A stretch of DNA of 64,000 bases from Cenococcum geophilum (taxonomy: Eukaryota): contig CP158635.1 of the NCBI GenBank assembly GCA_050273025.1, positions 31,496,001-31,560,000 of the forward strand, given 5' to 3'. Made by a program: the position numbers and the translations under genes. The notes beneath the pieces are model-generated. The model had not been told where the DNA came from and searched no databases. It worked only from the letters and a program-made list of their open reading frames with translations. Of this stretch, positions 37,401-49,062 are shown one piece after another (positions within the stretch are counted from its first letter, which is position 1; each line of letters begins with the position of its first letter).

Positions 37401-39142
37401 GCTAAGGTCCAAATCTAATTTTTTTACCAGTAATTAAGAAATAAACCCTATACTCGCGCCGCTATCCACAAGGCAGTCTCGCGTTACCTATTTATTATTA
37501 ACTTAAATAGAAACAGGAATAACTATACGGCAGTTTACTCCCTCCTTCTCTTACTGGCCTAGTGTAAGGGAGTAAAGATCTACTAGGCTATCTCTTTTCC
37601 TAATTAGGCCGACTCTTGCTTCTTTTGCCGGCAGAAGCGGCTTATATGGCCCTTCTTGCCGCAGTTATAACAGGTATATGTCTCCCAGTTCCCCTCCTAC
37701 GGATTAGGTCTCTGCCTATTGTTATTTTAGGGTTAACTAGCGTTGCTCTGGGGCTGCGAGGCCTACTTACGTTGTTCTTCCGCAGAGCGGTTAGGTCGGA
37801 ATCTACCCCTATTATTAAAGCTAGGTCTAGTCCTACGCTCTTTATTGTTGGCGTTTTATTCCTTTCACTTGCCTAGATAGTCTCTTTTAGCACTCTTAAT
37901 CTAAGTAGCTTTAGAGATAAGCTTTTCTTAAGAGGTAGGAATTTCGCCCTTCTCTTATATGGCCTATTAAATCTTAGGTCGTAGCTTAGTGAGTAGCTAG
38001 TAAAGTTATATAGCGTTATCCTATAGATCTAAGTAGGGTATATTATCTTCTAGTTCTTTTAAGTAGTTTATAAACTGGACCACAGTCTAACCATCTCGCT
38101 ATTTGGCGTTATGGTATCACTGGTTGTAGTTTATCCCTTAATTAGTAGGGTTTTAGACTTAATTAACTAACTAGGTCCTAAGTTCGCTAAATTTAAGGGG
38201 TATAGTAAGTTTCTTCTTGTAGCGTGTTTATAAACTCTTAATGGTGCTACGTAGGAAGGTAGAAGCAATTAATATCTAATTATACTCGTTAGAGTAACGT
38301 TTCGGATCTAGCTAAAACTTAGTTTTATATTATCGGATAAAACAATTGCAGTTCTAAAGACTATCACTATAGTACTTATTAGGTTCCTTTATACGGAATT
38401 TAAGTTTTTCTAACGTTATAGCATAGTGTGGCGTTACCCCTTTAAGTCCGCTTCGTGTCTAGGGTGTCTATACTTCCCCTAATTGTCCTTACAATTGTTT
38501 TTAGTAGTCTTAATATACTTATCTTAATCGTATCTCTAACTCCTTTGTTTTTTGTAGGGTTTTATATAGCGACCGCTCTAATAACTCCCCAGTGGTAATC
38601 GTTCCTAAGGGTCTCGCAAGGTTAGACGGACCAGCCGTGGCTTCTTTATAGGAAGAGGGAATGCGCTCCTTTGGGGAGACTCTTTAAGCCTCTTACGGTA
38701 AGGGCGTTGCTTTATAGGGTATAGGAGTATAGTTCGTTATCGTTAATTAATAGCCGTACGTTCCTAACGGATTGTAAGCAATTAGAATTATAAGAGGCTA
38801 GCTTAACCGGAACGTATAATTATCTAATTAACAGTATCACCGGTAAGTAGAAGGTAAGTTAAAGGTAAATAAAAGGTAAGTTAAAGGTAGAATAAGTTTC
38901 ACGTATTAAAGGATAAATGCTTTTAACCACTTCTATTTAGAGACTAATCGCTAGTTCTTCTCTAGAGGAGAACCAGCTCCCTATATAATCTTTCTAAGAC
39001 GCTAGCAAAACCCTTTGCCCCTTATCTGTCTAACCGTGTCTTCTGGGACGTAGATAGAATATAGGTGAGACCTCCTTCTGGAATATAGATAAGACCTCCT
39101 TCTGTCTTATCTGATATGTACCTTCTAGGGAATTCCGTTACA
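31404..39142 (-). mobile_element. Full-length Ty3/Gypsy chromovirus, family D, nested in C (LTRs 31404-31757 and 38789-39142), less RIP-mutated than its host
   Basis: Paired 354-bp LTRs, TSD TATAC (31399-31403 and 39143-39147), PPT next to 31758. Protease CLVDSGA about 37460-37476, RT VVYLNN (ORF 36240-36479), integrase (ORF 34542-34808), chromodomain about 33800-33950. Confidence 0.93.
32353..33158 (+). pseudogene. Antisense accessory gene of Gypsy family D: six-Cys zinc-cluster-like protein, about 237 aa, exons 32353-32568, 32614-32864, 32912-33158
   Basis: C-x2-C-x12-(Y)-x11-(Y)-x2-C-x6-C with four surviving TGY codons (32446, 32455, 32539, 32560) and two TAY codons. Introns GTATTT..CTAAT..TAG and GTAAGT..CTAAC..TAG keep the frame. 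All internal stops are TAA/TAG (RIP type). The start is inferred from a RIP-altered ATA. Confidence 0.75.
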
Positions 39143-41063
39143 TATACCCAACTATAATAAACTTAATCTTAAGCTCCTTAAATATATATACGATTTACCA
39201 GTAGCTAGCTACCTAGGCTAAAGAAAAACTATAAAACTGCTTTAGTAAGAATACTATTAGCTGAATATGTATAATATAATATAAAGGTATATCTTTAGCT
39301 GCTATATCTATGGATAAGCTAAAGCTTTATATAAGACGTATAACGGCCTTTTAAAGCTACTACCTATTCCCAGACTAAAGATAGAAGGATATCTTAATTA
39401 ACTTTGTTATTAACCTCCTCGTAAGTAAGGGCTATATAAATATTATAGTAGTTATAAACCAACTATCTAAGATAAGATACTTAATTGCCTACCTTAATAT
39501 ATTAACACCTGTTATTACCTAACTATTCCTATATTATATATAGAAACTCCATATACTCCCTAAAATAATTATCTCCGATAAAGGCAGCTAGTTTATTTCT
39601 ATATTTTGGAAAGAACTAACTACCTAACTCTATATTAAAGTATTGCTGTCTACTATATATTACCCGGAAATAGACGGATAAATAAAATATATAAACGCTA
39701 TAATGGAATAGTATATCCGAATATATACGTTATATTTATAAGATAACTAGATTAACTAGCTTATATTTACTAAGTTTACTATAAATAATTCTATCTTGGA
39801 AACTATAAAGGTCTTTCTATTCCTAGCTAATTATAGCTAGCATCTATAAATGGGGTTTAAACCTTTTAGTAATATTCCTCGCCCTACCTATTACGCCTTA
39901 TAAGTTATAGAAATAAATAAATTTATAGAGAAGATAGAGGAACTATAACAGTTTCTTACTAATAAAATAATATAGGCCTAATCTATCTATAAAGCTGTAA
40001 CGAATAAGAAATAAACCCTAGCACCGGCCTATTAAATTAGTAACTTTATCTAGCTAGATATAAGAAATCTAAACACGAAATAACCTATTAAGAAACTTAA
40101 TTAGAAGAACGCTGGCCCTTATAAGGTTAAGAAGGTTATTTCCTCTTACGCCTATTAACTAAAGCTCCCTAATACGGTTAAAATCCACCCCGTATTCTAT
40201 ACGTTAGTCCTTTACCCTACTACTCCTATATTAAACGCTCTGCTTAAATAAATATAGGACCCTCCCTTATTAGTTAAAGTGGATGGTAAGAATAAGTACT
40301 TTGTTAAAAGAATTAATAACATTAAGTATAATAAGCGGAAACGCTAATATATATACCTTATAAGATAGAGAGGCTTTACTAAGCCCTTATAGGAACCTGT
40401 TAACTTTATAGGACTTATATAAGCCATAAAAAACTTTTATAAACTATACCTAGAACTACTATAGCCTTACCTCGCAGAAGCTCAAGTTTAAAGGGGGGGT
40501 ACTATTACGGAACACCCCCGTGGTGCCTTATACTTATCTACCTATTTTCACCGACTTAGCAACTAAAGACCGACTCTAAGACTATAATTTTCTATAATTT
40601 ATAGCAATCTAACGGCAGTCTACCGCATTCTGCTATATTCTACTAAGTTTTACTAAGTTCTACTAAATCCTACTAAGTTCTGCCAAGACCACTACCTAAA
40701 TCCTATTCTGCTCCGTGTATATATTAATTAAGTAATTAAGTCCATAATATATACCCTTTCTTCTCGTTTTCCTACCTTCTTCCCTTATATAACGGCTTAA
40801 CTTCCTTATACAGTTTATGTATATAGCTTAATAATATCTACCTTGCTATATATTATCATCGCTTATACTTACTCTATAACAGTTCTTTTATATAGTCCTT
40901 TAGTTATATACCTTTATTTCTTTACTAAGTTCCACTAAATTTTACTAAATTTTACTAGTACTATAATATTACCCCCTCCCCCCCTCTAGAAAAGCCTGCC
41001 CTTAAGCTTTATTAAAAATAAAGTAGAAAGGGTAGCTGTAATATTTATAATTTCTACTAAATT

Positions 41064-41254
41064 TATAAAGTATATTACTTAGGTATATAGTAGAGAGCAG
41101 GTAAGCCGAGTATAAGTTATAAAAAGAGTCGATAGAAGAGGACGATATAGTAAAGAGTATAGTAATAGCCTTGTACGGAGACGAACTAATAAGGAGGATA
41201 AGAGGGCTATAAGCCTAAGGGAGCTTATAAAGAGGTGTCGAAAGATCCTTTATA
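41064..41254. mobile_element. Solo LTR (inverted homolog of 6920-7180)
   Basis: TATAAAG...CTTTATA termini with an AAATT TSD (41059-41063 and 41255-41259). Confidence 0.75.
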
Positions 41255-41505
41255 AAATTCTATTAGGTTCTTATAGGCTCTAAAATTTATTATTAGGGCC
41301 TTAGGGCGTTCTTATCCCTATACTCTTCTAGTAGCTTATTATCTTTATTATTCTAATATTCTATTTATTTATCTAGGTACTTTAGGGGTTTAAGTAAACT
41401 AGGATATTAATTATTAAACTCTTTAAGCTTTTAAGAGTAGCCTATAAAATTCTAAATAGGGTACTAAGTTAGGTTTAAGTTATAGCCTTTCTAAATAATA
41501 TATCT

Positions 41506-44500
41506 ATGGCGGTTATATAGGGGGATATTAAATTTTTTATATAATTGGGAGGCGTAGGGCTAGTTTTTAGCAATTTTACTAGTACCTAGCACTTAAATCT
41601 GCTAAGGATTTGCCCTAAAGCGGCCAGATATCCCTAACTATAAGCCTATAGCTATAAGACTATCTAATTATAGTAGTCGCACTAAGGCTAGTTCTTAGCA
41701 GTTTTACTAGTTTCTAGCACCTATTAAAGAATTACCTTAAGGCGCTATATATAATGCATACTAAGTATAAGGGATAGCGGGTAGGAAAAGCATTATTAGC
41801 CACGTAATAACTGCGTTTAATATTTATAAATATTATAGGAGGTCTTAGCATTATGCGTTACTAAGATGGATACTGCTAAGTAATATATAGACGCTAGTAT
41901 CTATCTATTGCAGCCATATAAGAGGATATTTAATTTTTGTATAATTAGGAAGTATAGGGCTATAAGGTCGCTTTAAGGCTAGTTTTTAATAATTTTGCTA
42001 GTACCTAGCACTTAAATCTACTAAGGATTTGCCCTAAAGCGGCTAGATATCCCTAAGCGAAGCTCCTACGCCTAATAAGATATTACTGTATTTTACTATA
42101 TTCTGCTATATTATTATATTCTGCTAAATTCTACTATATTATCACATTCTGCCAAATTCTACTATATTCTGTAAACCCTAAGTTATAAGCTAACCAATTA
42201 GGATTTTCTATACCTGGTATAGAAAATTACTATTAACTTGCTTACTACTAGCGCCTTAGCGGCCTTTTTAATATCTTAACCTACTACCTAGTAATCCTTA
42301 CGCTAAGAGCGGTATACTACGCTAGAAGTAAAAGTTAAGGCAATAAAAGTTAGTAGTCTTAGTTTTAATATATAGGCGAAAGGCTTCTAATAACTACTAA
42401 CCTAGCTACTAAATTTTCTAATATAAACACTCTAAATCTTTAGCGAACTAGGTAGCGCCCTAGCGGGAGAAGTAGTTTAAGTAGCTGCTTAGGTTAATTC
42501 CAGCAGCTATTAAATAGGAAGAAAGGATCTTATAAACCCCTAAAGAGGTAAAGGGTTTACTATTAAACCTAAATAAGGGAGAGTTAAGGGGTTAAGGGTC
42601 CCTATTAAATAGCTTTATTATAGCAGCGACTAAGCATAATAGGCCGCCTACTACCGCAATAGCGATATAAACGCCCTAGTATTGCTTATTGGCTTTACTC
42701 TATTTAAGGTAGAATATTATGCCACTAAATGTAAAGGTAATATCGTATTAGGTAGCCTTTTTTACTAAAAAGGTTATTTAGTTTTTAAGCTCCGCTATAA
42801 TATATATAATCTTGCCTATTTATAGAAATCTAGTAAATGTAAGGGTAAATATAGCATTAGTGTTAATATTTAATAGCAATAGGCTGTATATTACTACCTA
42901 GGCTAGAATATCTCTAGTAATTGGTTACTTATCCTTTTTTACTAAGGGAGAGATAGCGGCTGCTCTAGTAAGTAATTAGTATATTACAGAATCCTTAAAT
43001 ACTATAATTAAGATGCTATAATCTATATAGCGTAAGCGGATTACGGAGATATAGGCTCGTAAGGTTTCGGCCTTAAGCCCACTTATCTAGGGCTAGAAGG
43101 TACTAAACATATAGTAGGTAATCTATTTGCCTAGTTTACGCGGCTTAGCTAAGTAGGGGGAGACTTCTTTAAGTGCGCAGTATAACTCCTAGCTATTAAC
43201 TACTAAGGAATAGTTCCTACGGGTTACTAGCATAAAGCTATACTAAAGAAGGAGCGCATAGAGGTTAAATGGCGCGTTAATATTATCTTTAAAGTTTATA
43301 GGTGGTTATAAGTAGTCTATTAGGTTTACAGCGCCTATTAAAAACTTATTAGCTTTAGTAGTAATAAATTAAGGGCTTAGTGTAGGCAGAACTAATAAAT
43401 AGCCGCGGCTTGGAATTAAGATAGTATATTAGCTAAGCCATTTAAATTAGCTAGAATTTACTTTTTAGATATTATAATATTATAAGCTATCCCTTAACCC
43501 GCCGGCGTCCATCTAGTAGATGGTCCGTGCGGAACACCAGAATCGTGTGGTCATGGAGCCTTGATCCTATTGATCTGATTGGCTAAATCCTTATCGATAA
43601 CAGATGGACGCAACTCGGCGGGTTAAGGGATAGCAGCTAGCATAATCTTACGGAGTAATTTATTTACTATACTACGGATAATAGTCTTCTTAATACTCTA
43701 GTAAACTACTATACTATTAGTATAAATAGATAGCGCGCTATACTACTAGTTAGTAGACTATAGATTAAATGCGTAAGTAATAGCATATATCTCTTTTAGA
43801 TTAATATAGTCTACTTATTAACTAGGCTTAGGTAGTATACTAAACGCCTAAAATTAAGGGAGGTTGGCTATATACCACTACTAGTTATCCTTATATTTAA
43901 GTTCCTTAAAAAAGTAAAAGCCGCTAACTCTAAATTAGGTAGAGGCGTTAGTAAAGAGATAAATATAAGTACGCTTAACGTTGTTAAAGAATAATACCCT
44001 ATTACTTATAGTAAGTAAGTTAAACTAGATATATAAGTTACTTCACAACTTAGTACTAAATCGCCTAGGTTTATACTTATTTACTAAAATCTCTAACTAA
44101 GCAGTAATAAAGATCTAAAGGGACTTAGAGCAAAATTAACCGAGTTTAATTACGTGGGCGCACTATATAAAGTAGCTTATAAGCTATTAGGCTTAAAGAA
44201 ACAATAATAAGCTATATTAGAGTATGGTAGTGACTTTCTTAATAGCGCGTAATTGTTTTTATAGTAATAATTACGTTTATATTTATATAGTGTTAATAGT
44301 ATATCTTAAAACCTTAATAATAGTTCCTATTATATCCTTAGAGCCATTTTAGAAGATACCTAAGGAGTTAGTAATAGATATATAAGTCTAGGTAATAGCC
44401 GCTAAGTTATTTAGGTAATATTCTACCTTATAAGGTAGTTATAAATAAAGTATCTAATATAGGCCTTCTATAAAGAAGTTAAATATAAACGGCGTAGTTT

Positions 44501-44980
44501 AAAGACTAAAGAATAGGTAGTATTTCTAGTAGGTAATACCTTCCTAAAAGAAGCCTATTAATATTCTTGCTCTATAAGATAGGGGGACTATATAAAACAC
44601 GTCTTTAATATCTCTCTTAAGCAGCAGATATCTATAACCTATAAAAATAACATAGGCTTAAATAGTGGTAACTATAGTAGATACTAGTGCTCTATATTCT
44701 TCTAAGATTGCATTATTAACTAAAAATGCTAGTAGGAAGGAGAGATTGTAAATTTAGCAGTATCTTCTATTTAATTTTGGTACTAGGCTAAGAGATAAAA
44801 CTATAATAGGCCCTATCGCGATTTTAATATATCCTTTTTTAAAGTCTAATATTATCTTCTTAGAGATAAGGTTAGCGTTATAGTTCCTATAAAATCTTAG
44901 GGTAGGGATAGATTTGGCTCCTATTTTATAGCTAAGCACTACTTATTAGGATAAAGCTATAACTAATATTCTATAGGAAT
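41506..44980 (-). mobile_element. 5'-truncated tyrosine-recombinase retrotransposon (Ngaro/DIRS group): RT, RNase H, YR and split direct repeats
   Basis: RT SLSLVPK..Y.IYNLSF..VNNAI (=SPLGLVPK..RIHDLSF..VND) about 44710-44800. RNase H LFTNAS (=FTDAS) about 43940 and NGLANILS (=N.LADALSR) about 43420-43445. YR SYLNYFSR*GAT..LG**LLEAFRLY (=HSFRRGAT..GRW.S.AF.LY) about 42370-42486. Direct repeats 41523-41637 and 41924-42056. Confidence 0.85.
43491..43629. mobile_element. 139-bp MITE, not RIP-mutated, inserted in the RNase H of the YR element
   Basis: Perfect 14-bp TIR CCCTTAACCCGCCG plus inner IR GCGTCCATCT/AGATGGACGC. AT on both sides; removing the element and one AT restores the RNase H frame. 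Confidence 0.88.
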
Positions 44981-47900
44981 CCCTTCCCGCTTACCACCAA
45001 AAGGTACGTCTTAGAGTTAAGTTAAGTCGCTCTTTAGAATAGCTATATTACAGGATCTCGTTAAATATATTAGATATTATAGACCCTAGCTCTTAGGATT
45101 ATAGTATAACTATTAACTGCCGTCTTTAGCAGAAAGGTTAATAGGCTAATGCTTAAGTCCTAATTAATATAGGAGCTAGCGGCATAGGATTTATTAATAA
45201 GATCTTTACGTAAAATAATAGATTTACCTTAATACCCCTTAACCGGCATATTAATGTATTTAGATTTAAGAGTAAACACACTATCTTAGACTGTATTACT
45301 TATATATCGGCCCTAAGACTCTAATACCTAAACTATAAAAAATTAATTAAGCTCTTTATAACCACCTTTGGTTACCTAGTAATTCTTAAATAACATTAAA
45401 TAAAGCTATATAAAGTAACTATTAATTAAGACAACCTTAAGCCTCTATTTACCGCCTCCCGTTATAAGTAGAAGTGCTTTATAACTTACTCTTTAGACTT
45501 TAAACTAAAACCTAAAATTTCTAGTAATATCTACCCTATACCTAAGAAGTCTACCTAATTCTACTAACTTGGGATTTCCACTAATATAAGATTTCCGCCG
45601 ACGTCTACTAAAGGCCTAAAAATCCTACTAAACTATATAAAATAACCCTAACTACTATACCACCATAACTAGTAGAGTATTATAAACGCCTAAATACATT
45701 CTTATAAAAAAAGCTAATAAGCTACTAAAACACCAACTGTATAACTATAAGATTATACTTAAAAAAGGAACGTAGCCTAGATTTAGACCCCTATATAAAA
45801 TATCCTAAAATATACTTTAAGTACTATAAAAGTATCTAAACAAGAACCTAAGTAAAGGATTTATTAGAGCAAGCTCTTCGCCTATAACTATATTAGTAAT
45901 CTTTATTAAGAAACCTAGTAGCAGTCTATACTTCTACATAAACTACTAAGCTCTTAACGCCGTTACTATTAAGAACTAATATCCGATTCTATTAAGCTAA
46001 ACTAATTAAGTAAGGCTCGCTATTATACAAAGCTTATATTAGCTTTATATTTTATTACGGACCTTATATTAGCAGTAGTTCAACTACTAAGAAGAGATAT
46101 AAACGGGTTAGTTAAGACAATATAGGAGGCGCTAGAACTAATCAAGCTATAAGATAAGGGGTAACCGAGTTATATAGCTAGTTATATTATAAGTTTAGAA
46201 CGTAGAAACGTGGGAATGTAGGAACGTAACGTACCGACATACTAACGTACTAACGTACTTAGTATATTTCTTAGGCACAGTATTATATATTTAAAGAACT
46301 ACAGTCCCTACTTAGATAGTTCTCTTCTTTATAGTAAATCTCAGAATACAATTAGAGTTAATTTATTAGGTAACTACTTCACTAGTTATATTTATGTTAT
46401 TAACTATTCTATACCTATATACCCGGCCTATTAATAAGTCTATTATAGTATTTTCTATATGGCTTTGTTATATATTTACTACTAAGGTTATAATAAAAGA
46501 AGTTAAACAATATGCTACTAAAAGCAGTAGTTATAACGCCGCTAATAGTAGTAACTATATTAGGATTAGGTAGCGACACTAGTATAGCAGATACTAACTC
46601 TTAGCTAGTTACGGTTGGACAATTATAAGCTATAGTTAATTAATTAACAGATAATAATAGGATACTTAAAGAAAGGATTAACGGGATTAGAGTAGTAAAA
46701 ATTAAGCTACTATCTATCGAGCGATTTTTAGGTGAGAAGTTAAAACTTAAAGGATTTCTTATATAGATGTACTTTAAGGTTATATAAGAGGGAGTAAAGC
46801 TAGTAACACTTATAGATTAAATAGCCTATATAGGACTATTCCGAACAGGTAGGGAACTTAAGTAGTTTAAGCCTTACCTTACAGAGGTATAGAAAAGCGG
46901 TATAGTAACTACTAACTAAGAAGTATAATATATGTTCACTAGTTAGAATAGGTTCGCGGAATAATTAATACAAATATTTGAAGACCTAGAGGTAATCACT
47001 ATAGTAGAACGAAAGCTTTAAAATCTAGTATAATAAACCTTAACAATCGAGAATATGATATAGTTTTAGATATTAGCTACGCAAGTTAAATGGAATAATA
47101 AGGCGCTTATGGTATAGTATAAATAGGGACTTAAGGCAAAAATCTAGGACGTAATTATCCTAATAGAAGATATGGATACTCTTAGGGAATTAATTAATTA
47201 AGCAATTAAGACTAATAATAGGATCTACTAAAGAGAGCAGACTAAAAAGGGTTAGGATAGAATTCTACAGTTATATAAGGCGCAAAATACGCAATAATAG
47301 AGTTAAAATTAGAAACTATAATATAGTATAAAGCTAATAGACCTAAGTGGTACTAAAGAAAATAGAAAATAGAATAAGAGACTATAGAAACCTAAAGGAC
47401 AAGGATTAAGTAATTAAAGGTCTAAAAAGCAGAGGCTAAACTAGGGATCTTAGTAGCAGAAGACGTTCAGGCAGACTCTATAGTAGGAAAAATAGTTTAA
47501 AAAAAGAGCTTATATAAATTACGGAAAATAAGGTTATTTTATTAGAGACTATAAAGATAGTTAAGGGTATTATATAGTAAAAGAAACGAAACTAGTAGAC
47601 GATATATATATATAAAGGGACGATAGTATACTATAAGGAAGCAAAGAGTGTTTAATTAAGAGTTTTGCGTTTTATTATAATAACACATACTAAATTTATA
47701 AGGACGTTAAGTACGGCGTAAGTTATTAGCTATAAGAGCTAAAATTATTAGAGTTTAAAGGAACTAACGAACTATCTCGCAAATTAGATATTAAGGACGA
47801 TAAATTTAATATAGGTAAACATTTAGTAATAATAAGGTAATAAAGGTAGCTTACTAGGAGTATATAAACCTTAGAGATATTATCTTAGAAGTAGAGACCG

Positions 47901-49062
47901 AGAATACTATAGAGTAAGGGTTAGTAATAGAAATTATAACACTATTAGATATAATATCCATCGCTTTATAAAACGGAAGAAAAAACATTTAAGAAAAAGG
48001 ATCTAGTAAGTAAACAACTACTAGTGCTAGCTTACTATTTAATAAAGGTAAAAAGCTATAGGCTTAAGATTCTTAAAAAGAGATAAGAGATGCTTAAAAT
48101 TCTTAAGAAGAGATAAGATATGCTTAAGGACCTATAACGGACAATAACTAATAGAGTAGAGCAGCGGCTTAGTTTAATAATATATAAATAAGCTTAGTAT
48201 AAAGTTTCCTAAAGGTATAAGATTTTTAAGATAAGATAAGTAAGATTTAAAAAAATTTAAAATAAAATAAGGACACTATAGAAGCTTAGTTAAACTAAGG
48301 TGGGAGCTAAGCTTAAGAAGGAAGTAAGCTTAGGATTAAGAGTTCTATAGGACTAAGACTTTAACGCATAAATAAGGACTATTAAGAAAATTAATACTAA
48401 GATTAAAAAGTAGAAAGACTTTAAAGATTTACTTATAAGGCGAAAAACAAAAGAAACTATAAGGGAGTTTAGATAGAGAATCCTCGCATAATAAGAATAG
48501 AAGCTAGACTAGAGATCTAGTATATTAGGTTATACTAGGGATAAAGCACCTATATAAAGAATAACTAATAGGCCTAAGGTAGGCACGCTAAGAGTAAAGT
48601 AGCTTACTAAACTAGAATAAAAAGAGGATTTAGGGATTTCTACTAGGTTTAAAGAACGATATATAAAGAGCTGTTATAACGTAGTAATAAAAAGATACTT
48701 CCTTACTAATAAGCTGTATATACTCTAGCAGCTATACTAAAAGTAGTATAGGCAACGACATAATAATAAGTGGGAAGATTTCTATATATAGTTAGATAAG
48801 TAAGTTATTTAGGACCACCCTATTACGGAAAAGCTATAAGTTATATTAAGGGAGCCTTAATTATAATACTAAGAGATCTAAAGAAACGGTTAAAGGACTA
48901 GAGGAGTAAAAGGTAAATCTTAGTACCTATAAAAAAAAGTTATAACGTTTAGATTAATATAATAAAGGTTTAAACTTAAAGATAAAGATAAGTTAAGAGT
49001 TGACCTAAAGTACCTATTATATTATATACTATTGTGGATTGTATATGTAGATAATATATATA

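Larger units (their letters stand above)
27089..40881 (+). mobile_element. Full-length RIP-degraded Ty3/Gypsy chromovirus, family C (LTRs 27089-27463 and 40503-40881), carrying nested element D
   Basis: Paired LTRs of about 375 bp, perfect TSD GTTCT (27084-27088 and 40882-40886), PPT AAGGGGGGG at about 40491. Gag knuckle, protease (LINIGAS = LIDTGAS), RT (YINN = YIDD about 30320), RNase H, integrase, chromodomain. Confidence 0.93.
26945..41505 (-). mobile_element. 3' end of a family-B-like Gypsy: 3' LTR split into 26945-27088 and 40887-40968 by element C; PPT about 40969-40990; chromodomain about 41290-41505
   Basis: The two LTR halves rejoin to the reverse complement of the 13245-13470 LTR type. 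41290-41505 is an inverted homolog of about 12975-13195. Confidence 0.8.

Noticed and set aside
42300..43330. Tyrosine recombinase as a Starship captain (DUF3435) mobilising the gene island
   Set aside because: It lies directly downstream of RT and RNase H and has DIRS/Ngaro-type motifs and repeats, so it belongs to a retroelement.
43494..43626. piggyBac insertion at TTAA
   Set aside because: The bases outside the TTAA (CC and GGG) are shared by both copies in unrelated hosts, so TTAA is inside the TIR.
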